From assembly GCA_046045965.1 (NCBI GenBank), contig JBJOKS010000019.1, forward strand, positions 1 through 64,000: DNA of 64,000 nt, written 5' to 3'. The DNA comes from Cyanobacteriota bacterium (lineage in GTDB: Bacteria > Cyanobacteriota > Cyanobacteriia > Cyanobacteriales > Nostocaceae). Position numbers and translations under genes: made by a program. This document shows positions 1-11,044 of this stretch, in pieces (within the stretch, counting starts at the first letter, position 1; each line of letters begins with the position of its first letter). A model generated the notes under the pieces. That model was not told the origin of the DNA. It saw only the letters and a program-made list of their open reading frames with translations, and did no database searches.

Positions 1-149
<149 letters not shown>

Positions 150-295
150 AAATGACATCTGAATTTCAATACACAAAACTCTGCCAACCAGATTTGAAAC
201 TTACCCGGATCAAATAATCAATTACTCGAAGTAATTATGTATTATTGATTTTTGATTTCTCTACACAAATGGTTCACCCATCTCATCTTAACTAA

Positions 296-1219
296 ATGAT
301 ACATCAAACTTCTGGTCGCTGGCGTTTAGGACTAAGTTTATCCTTACTAACAGTGTTTTTATGGGGAATTTTACCAATTGCCTTAAAGGTAACTCTACAA
401 GTTCTAGATGTCTACACCATCATTTGGTTTCGGTTTTTGATGTCATTTTTACTATTGGCAATTTATTTATTTGTACAGAAAAAATTACCAACTCTACAAC
501 AATTACGTTCTAGTTCTGGCAAATTATTAGTAATAGCGACAATATTTTTGGGAGGTAATTATTTTCTCTTCATGCAAGGTTTAGCTTTAACAACAGCTGG
601 TAATGCAGAAGTGTTAATTCAGTTAGCTACTGTTTTATTAGGTTTTGGTGGTTTAGTTATTTTTAAAGAACGTTATACATTATGGCAATGGCTTGGTGTT
701 AGTATCTTAACTACAGGGTTTCTGTTATTTTTTAAAGCTCAAATTACCAATTTAATTACAGCCCAAGGACAATATCTTTTAGGCAGTGGATTACTTGTAT
801 TAGGTGCTGTTTCATGGGCTATTTATGCCTTGGCACAAAAGCAGCTATTACAATCTTTATCATCCTATCATATTATGATGATAATTTACGGTGGATGTGC
901 TTTATTATTTACTCCCTTTGCTAAAATAAATGCAATTTTTGATCTGGATATTTTGCCTTTATCAATGCTGCTTTTTTGTGGTTTAAATACTTTAATTGCT
1001 TATGGTGCTTTTGCTGAATCCTTAGAACATTGGGAAGCTTCCAGAGTGAGTGCAGTTTTAGCTTTAGCTCCCATTATCACTTTAATAGCTGTTGAGTTGG
1101 TAGCGAGTATTTTTCCTAATCTCATTCCCCCAGAACACATTACCTTAATAGGAATTATTGGCGCTTTGTTGGTTGTTTCTGGTTCAGTAGCGATCGCTTT
1201 GGGTAAATCTGCAAAATAG
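296..1219 (+). CDS. DMT/EamA family permease
   Basis: 307 aa, about 10 hydrophobic helices in two repeats, LWG and RF motifs. Confidence 0.85.
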   Translation: MIHQTSGRWRLGLSLSLLTVFLWGILPIALKVTLQVLDVYTIIWFRFLMSFLLLAIYLFVQKKLPTLQQLRSSSGKLLVIATIFLGGNYFLFMQGLALTTAGNAEVLIQLATVLLGFGGLVIFKERYTLWQWLGVSILTTGFLLFFKAQITNLITAQGQYLLGSGLLVLGAVSWAIYALAQKQLLQSLSSYHIMMIIYGGCALLFTPFAKINAIFDLDILPLSMLLFCGLNTLIAYGAFAESLEHWEASRVSAVLALAPIITLIAVELVASIFPNLIPPEHITLIGIIGALLVVSGSVAIALGKSAK

Positions 1220-1551
1220 AATTGAGATATATTCCCGACTTCTCACCTCAATTCGTAATTTATTGATCACATTAAAATATAAGTTGGGGATCAGAATTAT
1301 CAAATTATTTGATATTTAAAGCTACATAATCAACACTGAGGAAAAATATTATTAATTTTGCTATTCTCGAATCAGAATATATAATATTTTATTTTTTATT
1401 ATTCTTTTATTATTTTTTACTCAATAAAAAAATCAAAACTATCCAGAAAACAGAGACAAACAATAGTATATAAATTAATCGATCAACAGGGTGTTTGAAT
1501 AACTACCAAATTTAACGCCTCGCTAAACAACTTCACTGAAACATTTGAGCG

Positions 1552-3270
1552 ATGAATAGTTTATTTGGTAACTTGTCCAGGGGAATGAGAAAAAATTCCC
1601 TATTACTGATACTGTCAATTTTGCTGCCCACATTTGGAATTAGTAACTCTGTTATGGCAGCAGAAAAAATATACGCTTCTTATTCTATACTAGAAATTCC
1701 TATTCCTGTAATTAGTTTAGAAACCTATACTAAAACGGGAATAATTGATGATGAGTTGGCAGTTTATCAGCAATATATTTCATCTCAACAACTGCAAGAA
1801 TTACGCCAAATTTTACTCAGGGCTATAAAAATTAGTCCCGCAGTTGCTTCACAATTTCTCCACACACAGCAGGGAGAATTTATAATGCGACGTTTGGCAA
1901 AATTAATTACAGCTAAATCTCCTCAAACACAATCAGAATTTGATGATTTACGCACTGCAATAATTTCCGCATCTGGAGAACCAGAAGGTTTAACATTATT
2001 AAATTTATTACGGAAGCATCCCAGCAGTATTATTCGTCTGAACTTAGCTGATAGCTTAGAAATCGCTGGTGAATTGGAAAAATTAATTAGTGAAACAAAT
2101 CAAGCGATCGCTATAATTCAACAACAATCAAAAATAGAAGCCGCTACTATCCCCAAGGGAAATTTATCCTTCTTACCAGATTTACAAAATCAAGGAATTT
2201 TTACATCTAAAAAATCTACACTAGAATTTTTTGACTCCACTCGAAATCGGCATTTATTAACAGATGTTTATCTTCCTAATATTCCACATCCCACACCAGT
2301 AATTGTTATTTCTCACGGCTTAGGTTTAGATAGCAGTAACTTTCGTTATTTAGCTAAATACCTAGCATCTCATGGATTAGCTGTTGTTGTTCCTAATCAT
2401 CCGCATGGATATCTAAGTAATAGTAATAGTAATAATAGAAAATTGCAAGAAGCAAATGAATTTATAAATAGACCTTTAGATATCAAATATATTTTAGATC
2501 AACTAGAAAAAGCTAACCAGTCCGATGCCGAATTTAAAGGTAAATTAAATTTACAACAAGTGGGAGTATTTGGCCAGTCTTTTGGTGGTTACACTGCTTT
2601 AGCTTTAGCAGGGGCAAAAATTAACTTTCACCAGCTACAAAAAGACTGTCAACCAGAGACGCTGCAAGATACCTGGAATATGTCTTTATTGCTGCAATGT
2701 CGCGCTTTAGAATTGACAACTAAATCTCGAATCAAAGATAATTTCAATTTAGGGGTTAATTTGCAGGATGAAAGAGTTAAAGCAGCGATCGCAGTTAACC
2801 CCATCACTAGTTCGATATTCGGTGAAGCCGGCTTAAATCAAATTACAACTCCTGTCATGTTTATCGGTAGCAGTGGAGATACTGTAGCACCGACTTTATA
2901 TGAACAAATCTTACCTTTTTCTTGGTTAACTAATCCCCACAAATATCTGGTTATGCTTGTTGGTGGAACTCATTTTTCTAGCATTGGTAATAGTAAAACC
3001 GGAAGTCAGCAAATAGCATTACCCGCAGACATGGTTGGTGATGCTTCCCAAGCACGTGCTTATATTAATTCTTTAAGTTTGCCTTTTTTCCAAACTTATG
3101 TATCTCAAAAACCTCAATATCTTCCCTACTTGAATGCTCTTTACGCTCAAACTATTTCTAATCAGTCTTTAGGTTTGAGTCTCGTTCAATCTTTCAACAG
3201 TCCACAGTTAGCACCAGTATTAGGTAATAATTATCAACAAACTATCCCCGCAAAAAAAAACTCTCTTTAA
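1552..3270 (+). CDS. Alpha/beta hydrolase with N-terminal DUF1400-like domain
   Basis: Signal-like N-terminus, ISHGLG, GQSFGG nucleophile elbow, GTHFS. Confidence 0.8.
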   Translation: MNSLFGNLSRGMRKNSLLLILSILLPTFGISNSVMAAEKIYASYSILEIPIPVISLETYTKTGIIDDELAVYQQYISSQQLQELRQILLRAIKISPAVASQFLHTQQGEFIMRRLAKLITAKSPQTQSEFDDLRTAIISASGEPEGLTLLNLLRKHPSSIIRLNLADSLEIAGELEKLISETNQAIAIIQQQSKIEAATIPKGNLSFLPDLQNQGIFTSKKSTLEFFDSTRNRHLLTDVYLPNIPHPTPVIVISHGLGLDSSNFRYLAKYLASHGLAVVVPNHPHGYLSNSNSNNRKLQEANEFINRPLDIKYILDQLEKANQSDAEFKGKLNLQQVGVFGQSFGGYTALALAGAKINFHQLQKDCQPETLQDTWNMSLLLQCRALELTTKSRIKDNFNLGVNLQDERVKAAIAVNPITSSIFGEAGLNQITTPVMFIGSSGDTVAPTLYEQILPFSWLTNPHKYLVMLVGGTHFSSIGNSKTGSQQIALPADMVGDASQARAYINSLSLPFFQTYVSQKPQYLPYLNALYAQTISNQSLGLSLVQSFNSPQLAPVLGNNYQQTIPAKKNSL

Positions 3271-3434
3271 CTATAGTCAAATGGGGATTTCGGATATTAG
3301 ATATTGCTGTATCCTTGTTTGATGTCATGATTCTTTTCATTTCTTAGATCAGCAACTTCTTTAAGAAATCGGGGATCTGATTCGTCACTACATAGAATAT
3401 AATTAATAACAAATTACAAATTACAAATTATTCT

Positions 3435-4313
3435 GTGCAGGGTTTTCTCAACTTAAACAAACCTTATGACTGGACTTCCCATGACTGCGTAGCACGGGTA
3501 CGGAAACTGCTGCGTTTAAAACGGGTAGGACACGCAGGAACTTTAGATCCAGCAGCTACAGGGGTATTACTCATCGCTTTAGGTAAAGCCACCAGATTAT
3601 TACAATATTTACCAGGTGAAAAAGCGTACAAAGCTACCATCCGCCTTGGTGTACGTACAACTACTGATGATTTACAAGGGGAAGTGATCACATCTCAACC
3701 TTGTCCTGGCTTAAATTTAACATACATAAAAACAGCACTTTGTCAATTTATCGGCAAGATTGAGCAAATTCCCCCTAGTTATAGTGCCATTCAGGTTGAG
3801 GGGAAACGCCTGTATGATTTAGCACGCCAAGGGGAAATTGTGCAAGCACCTGTACGGACAGTAGAAGTATTTAATATAGAAGTTTTAGACTGGCGGGATA
3901 GTGATTTCCCTGAGTTAGAAATAGCGATCGCTTGTGGTGCAGGAACATATATTCGAGCGATCGCCCGTGATTTAGGAATTATATTCAACACAGGTGGAAC
4001 ACTAGCGGCTTTAACAAGAACAGAAAGCAGCGGATTTCACTTACATAATAGTCTCACCTTCACAGACTTAGAAACCCAACTCCAAACCGGCACATTTCAA
4101 CCCATCCCCCCAGATACAGCCTTACAAAAATTACCATCTGTAAATTTACCAGGAACATTTGCCAAAAAATGGTGTCAAGGACAGCAAGTAGCAGTAAATT
4201 CTGATCTGTTAGGAATAGTGCGAGTCTATGAACAAGAAACCCGCTTTTTAGGTATTGGAGACTTACAAGATCATATCTTGATTCCCCAAATGGTTTTTGA
4301 ACCCATTTCCTAG
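3435..4313 (+). CDS. truB: tRNA pseudouridine-55 synthase
   Basis: [15 protein letters not shown] and [12 protein letters not shown] motifs. Confidence 0.97.
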   Translation: MQGFLNLNKPYDWTSHDCVARVRKLLRLKRVGHAGTLDPAATGVLLIALGKATRLLQYLPGEKAYKATIRLGVRTTTDDLQGEVITSQPCPGLNLTYIKTALCQFIGKIEQIPPSYSAIQVEGKRLYDLARQGEIVQAPVRTVEVFNIEVLDWRDSDFPELEIAIACGAGTYIRAIARDLGIIFNTGGTLAALTRTESSGFHLHNSLTFTDLETQLQTGTFQPIPPDTALQKLPSVNLPGTFAKKWCQGQQVAVNSDLLGIVRVYEQETRFLGIGDLQDHILIPQMVFEPIS

Positions 4314-4440
4314 CATTGACAAAAACAAAATCCCCAAATTCTTCCAGAAGTCCGGGATCTGACCAAATTATATCTTGTATAAATACGGAATTTGGCTTTT
4401 TGAATGTGGATTTTAATTAAGTATCAAGGGGAATCTTACT

Positions 4441-5250
4441 ATGATGAACTTGCAAAATCCTATTAATTATCTGTTAAAAATTGCAATCAGACTTTCTCCA
4501 GCCCTAATTATCCTCGTAATTTTATCTAGTTCTAATTTACCCACACTGGCACAAACTGAACCAAGTATCAAATTTCCCACAGGACATGACAGAGGTAGAC
4601 CTAAAAGAACACAAGCAGGAGGAGCAAGATTGATCTTCCCAACTACTCAAGATCGTGGCGCTCCGCAAAGAACAGGTGCAGCAGGAAGAAGAGGAAATTC
4701 TTGTATTATTACTGAGAATGGCCAACCATCCTTAACAGCCCTCATGCCAACATCAGATAATCATGGGCAAACAGTAACCGACAATCCCATATTATACATT
4801 TATGTTCCCAAAAGCAGCACAAAAATTGGAGAATTTGTAGTTATAGATGACCAGGGAAATGACATTTACCGGACCAATTTTACACTACCTAGTCAACCGG
4901 GAATAGTGCAACTTACCATCCCAACCAGTGCTTCCCTAAAAATAGGTAAAACATATCAATGGTACTTTACTATAACTTGTAATCCTGAAGATAGAAGTCA
5001 GGATCAATCTATATTTGGTGCATTGGAACGTACTACATTAGGTTCACTTTTAAATACTTCTCTTGAGCAAGCAACACCTATAAAACGAGCCAAAATTTAC
5101 GCCAAGAATAAGATTTGGTATGAAACTATCAGTAATGTTGCTTCCGTGCGAACTGAAAACCCAGAACTATGGACAGATTTGTTAAACTCAGTAGGTCTAG
5201 AAGAATTTGCCAAAGTACCTTTTGTTGATTTTGGTACACCAGAACCTTAA
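4441..5250 (+). CDS. DUF928 family exported protein
   Basis: Signal peptide, GAPQRTGAAGRRG motif, YQWYFTITC, IWYET, LLNSVGL. Confidence 0.8.
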   Translation: MMNLQNPINYLLKIAIRLSPALIILVILSSSNLPTLAQTEPSIKFPTGHDRGRPKRTQAGGARLIFPTTQDRGAPQRTGAAGRRGNSCIITENGQPSLTALMPTSDNHGQTVTDNPILYIYVPKSSTKIGEFVVIDDQGNDIYRTNFTLPSQPGIVQLTIPTSASLKIGKTYQWYFTITCNPEDRSQDQSIFGALERTTLGSLLNTSLEQATPIKRAKIYAKNKIWYETISNVASVRTENPELWTDLLNSVGLEEFAKVPFVDFGTPEP

Positions 5251-5260
5251 TTTTGTAAAC

Positions 5261-5557
5261 CTATTCCCAAGTTGCCACATCTCTGAATACAAGAGGAATT
5301 TCTCCCTGTGATAAGGGAAATTCTAAAAAAGTTTCCCTATATCCCAAATATCCAGATTCAGTAAAAGACATTAACATCCGTCCTAGTGCTAACCATACCT
5401 CAGACTCATATTCCCAATCACTAGCACGTCTAGCACGACCAGCAATAGAACGTAACGCCCAAAAATAAGAATTCCTCACCACCGAACCACCTTTTTTAAA
5501 TTCAGGTACATCCTCATGGTGAAGAAATAAAACATTATTTTCAATTCTCGCTCTCAT
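5261..5557 (-). CDS. Conserved hypothetical protein
   Basis: 98-aa ATG ORF with normal composition. Confidence 0.65.
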   Translation of the reverse strand: MRARIENNVLFLHHEDVPEFKKGGSVVRNSYFWALRSIAGRARRASDWEYESEVWLALGRMLMSFTESGYLGYRETFLEFPLSQGEIPLVFRDVATWE

Positions 5558-5677
5558 AATAATTTTAGATTTTAGATTTTAGATTTTAGATTTTTTATAT
5601 TATATTTTCTATATTATATTTTATAACGTTTCTCCTAGCCCCCCTTTTTAAGGGGGTTGGGGGGATCTAAAAAACAA

Positions 5678-7762
5678 CTATATACTAGAAGTTAAACCCA
5701 GACGAAAAGTAAACCCAGGACTATAAATCCGATTAACTCGTTCATATTGTTCACCCAGTAAATTTTCTAAGTAAACAGTCACTCCTAAATTTTTACTTAC
5801 AGGAATACGACCACTCAAATCTAAATTCACAAAAGAAGGTGAAAAATCTGTATTTCTATCACCAGCAGCAGTATTAATAAACAGAGCGCGGCGACTACCA
5901 CTATTATAAGTCAGATACAAATTAGCTTGCCATCCATTCTTTTGATAACCAATTCCACTTTGCAGCAACGAATAAGGAATCAAAGCTAATTGTAAACCTT
6001 GCTCAGTTCCCGTTTTAATTTGAGCATCTGTATAAGTATAGTTGACAAAAGTAGACCAATCACGAGCAATTTTTAATCGCAAAGCAGCTTCTAAACCATT
6101 GGTATCTACCAAACCAACATTTTCCCATCTGCCATTAATTACTCCTAACCGATTATCTAAACTACTGCCAAAATATGTAAACTGTGCCAGCAAATTACTA
6201 AACAAATTAAAATCTACACCCGCAGTCCAAGTAGAACCTGTTTCCGGTTGTAAATCTGGGTTTGAATCCCACCCATGAACCGTATCATAAAGATATAATT
6301 GGTCTAAACCCGGATTGCGTTGCGCTCCAGCCCAACTTCCCCGCACAGCAACTACAGAATTAATGGCATAACGTAAACCAGCACTGGGATTTAAATAACT
6401 ACCAAATAGCCCATCAAAGCTTTGTCTCAAACCTAAATCAACTAGAAAATTATCACTAACATTCCAAGTATTAACCGCAAACAAAGCTGTATTTAAAACA
6501 CTTCTATCTTCGGTTTCATTGAGAGCAATTCGAGAAGGTAATGTACTAGAAACTTCACCATTTAAGTTAGTATTTTGTAAATCTATACCCCAACGCAATT
6601 GGTTATTAGGACTAAGTTTCCAGTCATGATCTACCCTAGCTGTGATTTGTTGAGTATCTAAAACTCCAGTTCGGAAAAATGTCGCTCCCGTTGGCCCATA
6701 AGTGCTAAAGTAGTTTTGATTATAACCGATGCTAGTTGTCAGATTTGAGTCGTTACCCTGACCAAGTTTAGTTTTCCAAGATAAGCCAATATTCAAACCA
6801 TCATGATCTAATCTGTCTCTTTGCAAAGGAAAACCAAAATAAATTAAACCCCGACGACTACTCAGGGTAGTTACATCTAAATTCAAAGAATTTTTAGCAT
6901 CTAAATCTAAACCAATACTACCAAAATAGGTACTGGTTGAAGTATCAGCATTGAATAAAAACCCTTCAGAATCACGATTTGCTGCACCTTCAGGAACACG
7001 GTAGCGGTTATCTATAAAATATCTTTCAAAGCTAAAATTGTATTTGACTTTATTAGCTGAACCAGCATAAGTTACTTGTTGATTATTTAAATTTAATGAC
7101 CCAAATTCCGCACTACCGGTTAATTTTGGTTGACTAGCACCTGTTTTTGTAATAATATTCACAATTCCGCCAAAAGTAGAGGAACCATATAAAGAGGAAG
7201 CAGCACCGCTATATAATTCAACTCTTTCAATGGACTCAACAGGAATACTATTTAAATCTGTGCTACCGTGATAAGTGTTGACATTTGTGTTGATAGGTCT
7301 ACCGTTAATCAAGAAAACCGATTGATTAATAGATGCACCACGATAGTATGTACCTGTGTGAATATCTGCACCATGACCAACATCATTGATAGCAAAACCA
7401 GGCATTCTTTTTAAAACATCAGCAACGCTGGTAGCACCTTGTTTTTGAATTTCTTCTTTTTCAATGACATAAGTTGGTGTAGATTCGGGTAAAGCGTCTT
7501 TTTCTCCAATCGCTTCTAGGGAAATGTCTGCATTATTTGTAGGAGTTAAATCTTCTTCTGGCTCAGTTTCTTCCTCAACTTGATTTGCTGCGGGTTGTTG
7601 AGTTAATAACTGTGCATTAGTAGCGGGTAATTCAATTTCACTTAAACTAGGAATATGTGAATTTACTATCTTATTTTCACTTTTATTATTATCAGCTACA
7701 GCAGGAAAAGATCCCAGTAAAGTCAGTAAAGAAATTGGTAGGAAAAAAAAATTATTATTCAT
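5678..7762 (-). CDS. TonB-dependent outer-membrane receptor (likely start ATG 7762)
   Basis: Signal peptide, plug domain (IERVELYSGAASSLYGS..GGIVNIITK), NPDLQPE, ENLLGEQY barrel end. Confidence 0.92.
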   Translation of the reverse strand: MNNNFFFLPISLLTLLGSFPAVADNNKSENKIVNSHIPSLSEIELPATNAQLLTQQPAANQVEEETEPEEDLTPTNNADISLEAIGEKDALPESTPTYVIEKEEIQKQGATSVADVLKRMPGFAINDVGHGADIHTGTYYRGASINQSVFLINGRPINTNVNTYHGSTDLNSIPVESIERVELYSGAASSLYGSSTFGGIVNIITKTGASQPKLTGSAEFGSLNLNNQQVTYAGSANKVKYNFSFERYFIDNRYRVPEGAANRDSEGFLFNADTSTSTYFGSIGLDLDAKNSLNLDVTTLSSRRGLIYFGFPLQRDRLDHDGLNIGLSWKTKLGQGNDSNLTTSIGYNQNYFSTYGPTGATFFRTGVLDTQQITARVDHDWKLSPNNQLRWGIDLQNTNLNGEVSSTLPSRIALNETEDRSVLNTALFAVNTWNVSDNFLVDLGLRQSFDGLFGSYLNPSAGLRYAINSVVAVRGSWAGAQRNPGLDQLYLYDTVHGWDSNPDLQPETGSTWTAGVDFNLFSNLLAQFTYFGSSLDNRLGVINGRWENVGLVDTNGLEAALRLKIARDWSTFVNYTYTDAQIKTGTEQGLQLALIPYSLLQSGIGYQKNGWQANLYLTYNSGSRRALFINTAAGDRNTDFSPSFVNLDLSGRIPVSKNLGVTVYLENLLGEQYERVNRIYSPGFTFRLGLTSSI

Positions 7763-7830
7763 ATTTCTGAACTCACACCTGGTAACGACAATTTTAGGTA
7801 GTTTCTCTATTAATAAAAAAATTGTCAAAA

Positions 7831-7841
7831 GACAATCTGTC
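7831..7841. promoter_or_regulatory. GAC-N5-GTC inverted repeat (candidate PetR-type copper box) upstream of the TonB receptor
   Basis: GACAATCTGTC about 70 bp upstream of ATG 7762, adjacent to a minus-strand TTGACA. Confidence 0.35.
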
Positions 7842-7887
7842 ATATTTCATAACATCAACTTCTTAAAGCAGTCGGGGAGCATTAATA

Positions 7888-7915
7888 AAAATTAAGCGGG
7901 ACAAAAAGCCCCGCT
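7888..7915 (-). terminator. Intrinsic terminator after cytochrome c6
   Basis: Minus strand AGCGGGGC-TTTTT-GTCCCGCT hairpin followed by a T-rich tract. Confidence 0.7.
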
Positions 7916-7945
7916 AACTATTAGTTGATCAACTCAGATATCAAT

Positions 7946-8284
7946 TTACTTGACCCAGTTTTTGTCTGCTTGTTCAAGTACGTAAGCAGCTACATCTTCA
8001 ATTTGGTCAGGTTTTAAACGCTTGCCAAAGGCTGGCATAGCACCTTTACCATTTGTAACTTGAGCAATGATGGCTTCAGCAGAGTACATACCGTACTTTT
8101 CCAAATCTGCTTTTTTCAGGCTTTTAGCAGCATTCACTAAATTTTTACCACCTGCATGACATTGGGCGCAATTAGCACTAAATACTTTAGCTCCATTAGC
8201 AGCATCTGCCGCCAAAGCGGGACTACTGAAGGCAAAAGTGAAGATAGTGATGCCTAGCAGTAATACAGAAATTATCTTTTTCAT
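7946..8284 (-). CDS. petJ: Cytochrome c6 (basic, canonical)
   Basis: Signal peptide, CAQCH heme motif, [12 protein letters not shown]. Confidence 0.95.
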   Translation of the reverse strand: MKKIISVLLLGITIFTFAFSSPALAADAANGAKVFSANCAQCHAGGKNLVNAAKSLKKADLEKYGMYSAEAIIAQVTNGKGAMPAFGKRLKPDQIEDVAAYVLEQADKNWVK

Positions 8285-8364
8285 CTCGTGTTCTCTCTAC
8301 AACAATCGCTGATTAGGTGAAATATCCTCCATAATTCTCTTTTGATTTTGTTGCATTAGTCAAA

Positions 8365-8377
8365 TGACAGGCTGTCA
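8365..8377. promoter_or_regulatory. TGAC-N5-GTCA box upstream of petJ (candidate PetR site)
   Basis: TGACAGGCTGTCA about 80 bp upstream of the petJ start, overlapping a minus-strand TTGACA. Confidence 0.55.
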
Positions 8378-8575
8378 AACTTGGGCTAAATAATTGAGAT
8401 GTTAAGATTGATTGATTGTGATATCAAGGGTTTGTCAAAAATGTAAAATTATGTAAACAGAAGAAGTCTGCGATACCCCTTGTTCAGTATTGATAATTCT
8501 ACTAATATAATTGAACAATCAGATCCCCGACCTACAAAAAAGTCGGGAATATATTTCGTTATCTGACTGATAAAC

Positions 8576-8905
8576 TTAGTTTGCCCAGCCAGCTTCTGCT
8601 TGTTCCATGACGTAAGCAGCTACATTGGCAATTTCATCAGAGTTTAAACTATCTTTGAAAGCTGGCATAGCATTTTTACCATTTGTAACTTGAGCAATAA
8701 TAGCAGCTTCTGAGTAAAGATTGTACTCTTCCAAATCTGCTTTGCTCAAACTTTTGGCAGCATTAACTAAATTTTTACCCCCTGCATGACAAGAAGCACA
8801 ATTAGCTGTAAATACTTCTTTTCCATCAGCAGCTAAAGCGGGACTACTGAAGGCAAAAGTGAAGATAGTAATGCCTAACAGTAATACAGAAATTATCTTT
8901 TTCAT
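8576..8905 (-). CDS. petJ: Second cytochrome c6 paralog (acidic)
   Basis: Identical signal peptide, [17 protein letters not shown]. Confidence 0.9.
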   Translation of the reverse strand: MKKIISVLLLGITIFTFAFSSPALAADGKEVFTANCASCHAGGKNLVNAAKSLSKADLEEYNLYSEAAIIAQVTNGKNAMPAFKDSLNSDEIANVAAYVMEQAEAGWAN

Positions 8906-9282
8906 TGTGTGTTCTCTCTACAACAATTGCTGATCAGGAGCAAGATACTCCATGAGTCTCTTTTTATTGTGTTGTATTAGTCAAAATAAAAACTGTAAAA
9001 CTTGAACTTAATAATTGATAATCATATATTTAAGGCTTATTCTTTCAGTGGTTTGGGGGAAATGTTAAATTCTTTGGAACTAAAATATAAAACTTAATTC
9101 GAGGTATTTTAATAATAATTTCAAAGTTAAACATGAGAAAAATGGTAATGATTCAGGGTTAAAAAAATGGGAGATATATGTATAAATAAATCCTGGTGAT
9201 AAGATCCCTGACTTCTTGTTTGATAATAACAATAAATTATCAGAAGATTTTAGAATTCGGGGATCTCTGTTTGCACAAATTT

Positions 9283-9774
9283 CTATTGATTTGCTAACTC
9301 AGTTATTACTGCTTCACTCACACGACAAATTCGCCAATCTTCTAAAATATCAGCGCCCATACTGCGGTAAAATTCCTGTGCGGAAACATTCCAATCTAAA
9401 ACACTCCACTCTAACCGCCCACAATTACGTTCTAGAGCTATTTTGGCTAATTTATTCAGCAGAGCTTTACCAATACCTTGGCGGCGATATTCTGGTAAAA
9501 CAAATAAATCTTCTAAATAAATTCCTGGCTTGGTGAGAAAGGTAGAATAATTGTGAAAAAATAAAGCAAAACCCACACCCTTACCTGCAACTTCAGCTAA
9601 AATTGCCTCTATATATTTTGGTTCACCAAATAGATGTTCTTGTAGTGCTTGAGCATTACCAGTGACAGCATCAGATAATTTTTCATATTCTGCTAGTCCC
9701 TGAATCAATTCAAACAATACAGCACTATCACTAGCTTGGGCAAATCGGATAATTAAGTCACTATGGTAAGTCAT
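9283..9774 (-). CDS. GNAT N-acetyltransferase (SSAT-like)
   Basis: LAEYEK, YLEDLFV..YRRQGIG, EWSVLDWN. Confidence 0.9.
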   Translation of the reverse strand: MTYHSDLIIRFAQASDSAVLFELIQGLAEYEKLSDAVTGNAQALQEHLFGEPKYIEAILAEVAGKGVGFALFFHNYSTFLTKPGIYLEDLFVLPEYRRQGIGKALLNKLAKIALERNCGRLEWSVLDWNVSAQEFYRSMGADILEDWRICRVSEAVITELANQ

Positions 9775-9874
9775 TAGTATTGAGCGTATAGTTCAAAGTC
9801 CATACATAGTTTATAGCTAAGTGTGTAAATTTTCTTAACTAATGACCAATGACTAATGACTAATGACTAATGAC

Positions 9875-11044
9875 TTAAATTAACCAACCTTTTAAACGTT
9901 TAGCTATATGAGGACGACGTAATTTTCGCATCGCTTTACTTTGAATTTGACGTACTCGTTCACGGGAAAGGTTAAACATATTACCAACTTCTTCCAGAGT
10001 GCAGGGTTCACTGGTTGTCAGTCCATAGCGTAAAGAAATTACGTCTTTTTCCCTGGGGGTGAGTACATCTCCTAAGACTTCCCATATCTCCTGACGCATC
10101 ATATTTTCGTTCATTTTTGCTTCTGGAGATTGGTTATCTTCGTCTTCTAGCAAGTCCATCAATTCCGTATCTTCTTCTTTACCGACACGGTGGTTCAGGG
10201 AAAGTGCTTGACGACGCAGTTGTTGCAGTTGACGCAGTTGTTGGACGCTAATTTCCAAACATTCTGCCATTTCCGCTTCTGTCGGGTTGCGAGCTAGTTT
10301 TTGCTTCAGTTCCCTTTGAGCTTTTTTAAGTTTGTTGAGTTTTTCAACAATGTGAATTGGTAAGCGGATAGTGCGAGCATCATTAGCGATCGCTCGTGTA
10401 ATTGCCTGTCTAATCCACCAATAAGCGTAAGTCGAAAACTTATAGCCCTTATCAGGATCAAACTTCTCTGTAGCGCGATTTAAACCCATTGCCCCTTCTT
10501 GAATTAAATCTAGAAAAGGTACTCCCCGGTTAAGATATCTTTTAGCAATAGATACTACTAATCTCAAGTTAGAGCGAATCATTTTCCGCTTCGCTACCCT
10601 ACCTTGATACAACCGACTTTCCAGTTGCTTTTCCGTCATATCAAACTTAGCAGCTACCTCGTTTTTGCTGGGGTGTTGTCCCAGTTCTTCTTCTAAAGCC
10701 GCTTGCAAGTCTTTTACTTCTTCTAAAAACCTAACTCGACGCGCCAATTCTACTTCTTCATCAGGTTTAAGGAGGGGATAACGCGCCATTTCTTTAAAAA
10801 ACGCGCCCACAGCATCGTCATGTTCGGTTTTATTATATCCCGAAGGACGAGCGGCTGCCATTTCATCCCCATCTCGTTCATCTGACTCCAAATTTTCGAC
10901 AATTGAAGCGTCTTCAAATACTACTGCTTCTAAACTATCCAGTGATGGTTCTTCATGATCAGCAGCGTTATCCAGTATTTCCATTGTTCCCAATTCAGCA
11001 AGATTCATAGTTTCCTTTCGGGATAGTTGCTTTGTTTGGTACAT
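9875..11044 (-). CDS. Group 2 RNA polymerase sigma factor (SigE-like by petJ/priA context)
   Basis: NLRLVVSIAK, DLIQEG, KFSTYAYWWIRQ, SRERVRQI. Confidence 0.93.
   Translation of the reverse strand: MYQTKQLSRKETMNLAELGTMEILDNAADHEEPSLDSLEAVVFEDASIVENLESDERDGDEMAAARPSGYNKTEHDDAVGAFFKEMARYPLLKPDEEVELARRVRFLEEVKDLQAALEEELGQHPSKNEVAAKFDMTEKQLESRLYQGRVAKRKMIRSNLRLVVSIAKRYLNRGVPFLDLIQEGAMGLNRATEKFDPDKGYKFSTYAYWWIRQAITRAIANDARTIRLPIHIVEKLNKLKKAQRELKQKLARNPTEAEMAECLEISVQQLRQLQQLRRQALSLNHRVGKEEDTELMDLLEDEDNQSPEAKMNENMMRQEIWEVLGDVLTPREKDVISLRYGLTTSEPCTLEEVGNMFNLSRERVRQIQSKAMRKLRRPHIAKRLKGWLI

Noticed and set aside
7763..7945. Cobalamin riboswitch before the TonB receptor
   Set aside because: No B12-box or GGGAA core is recognisable and the region is short and AT-rich.
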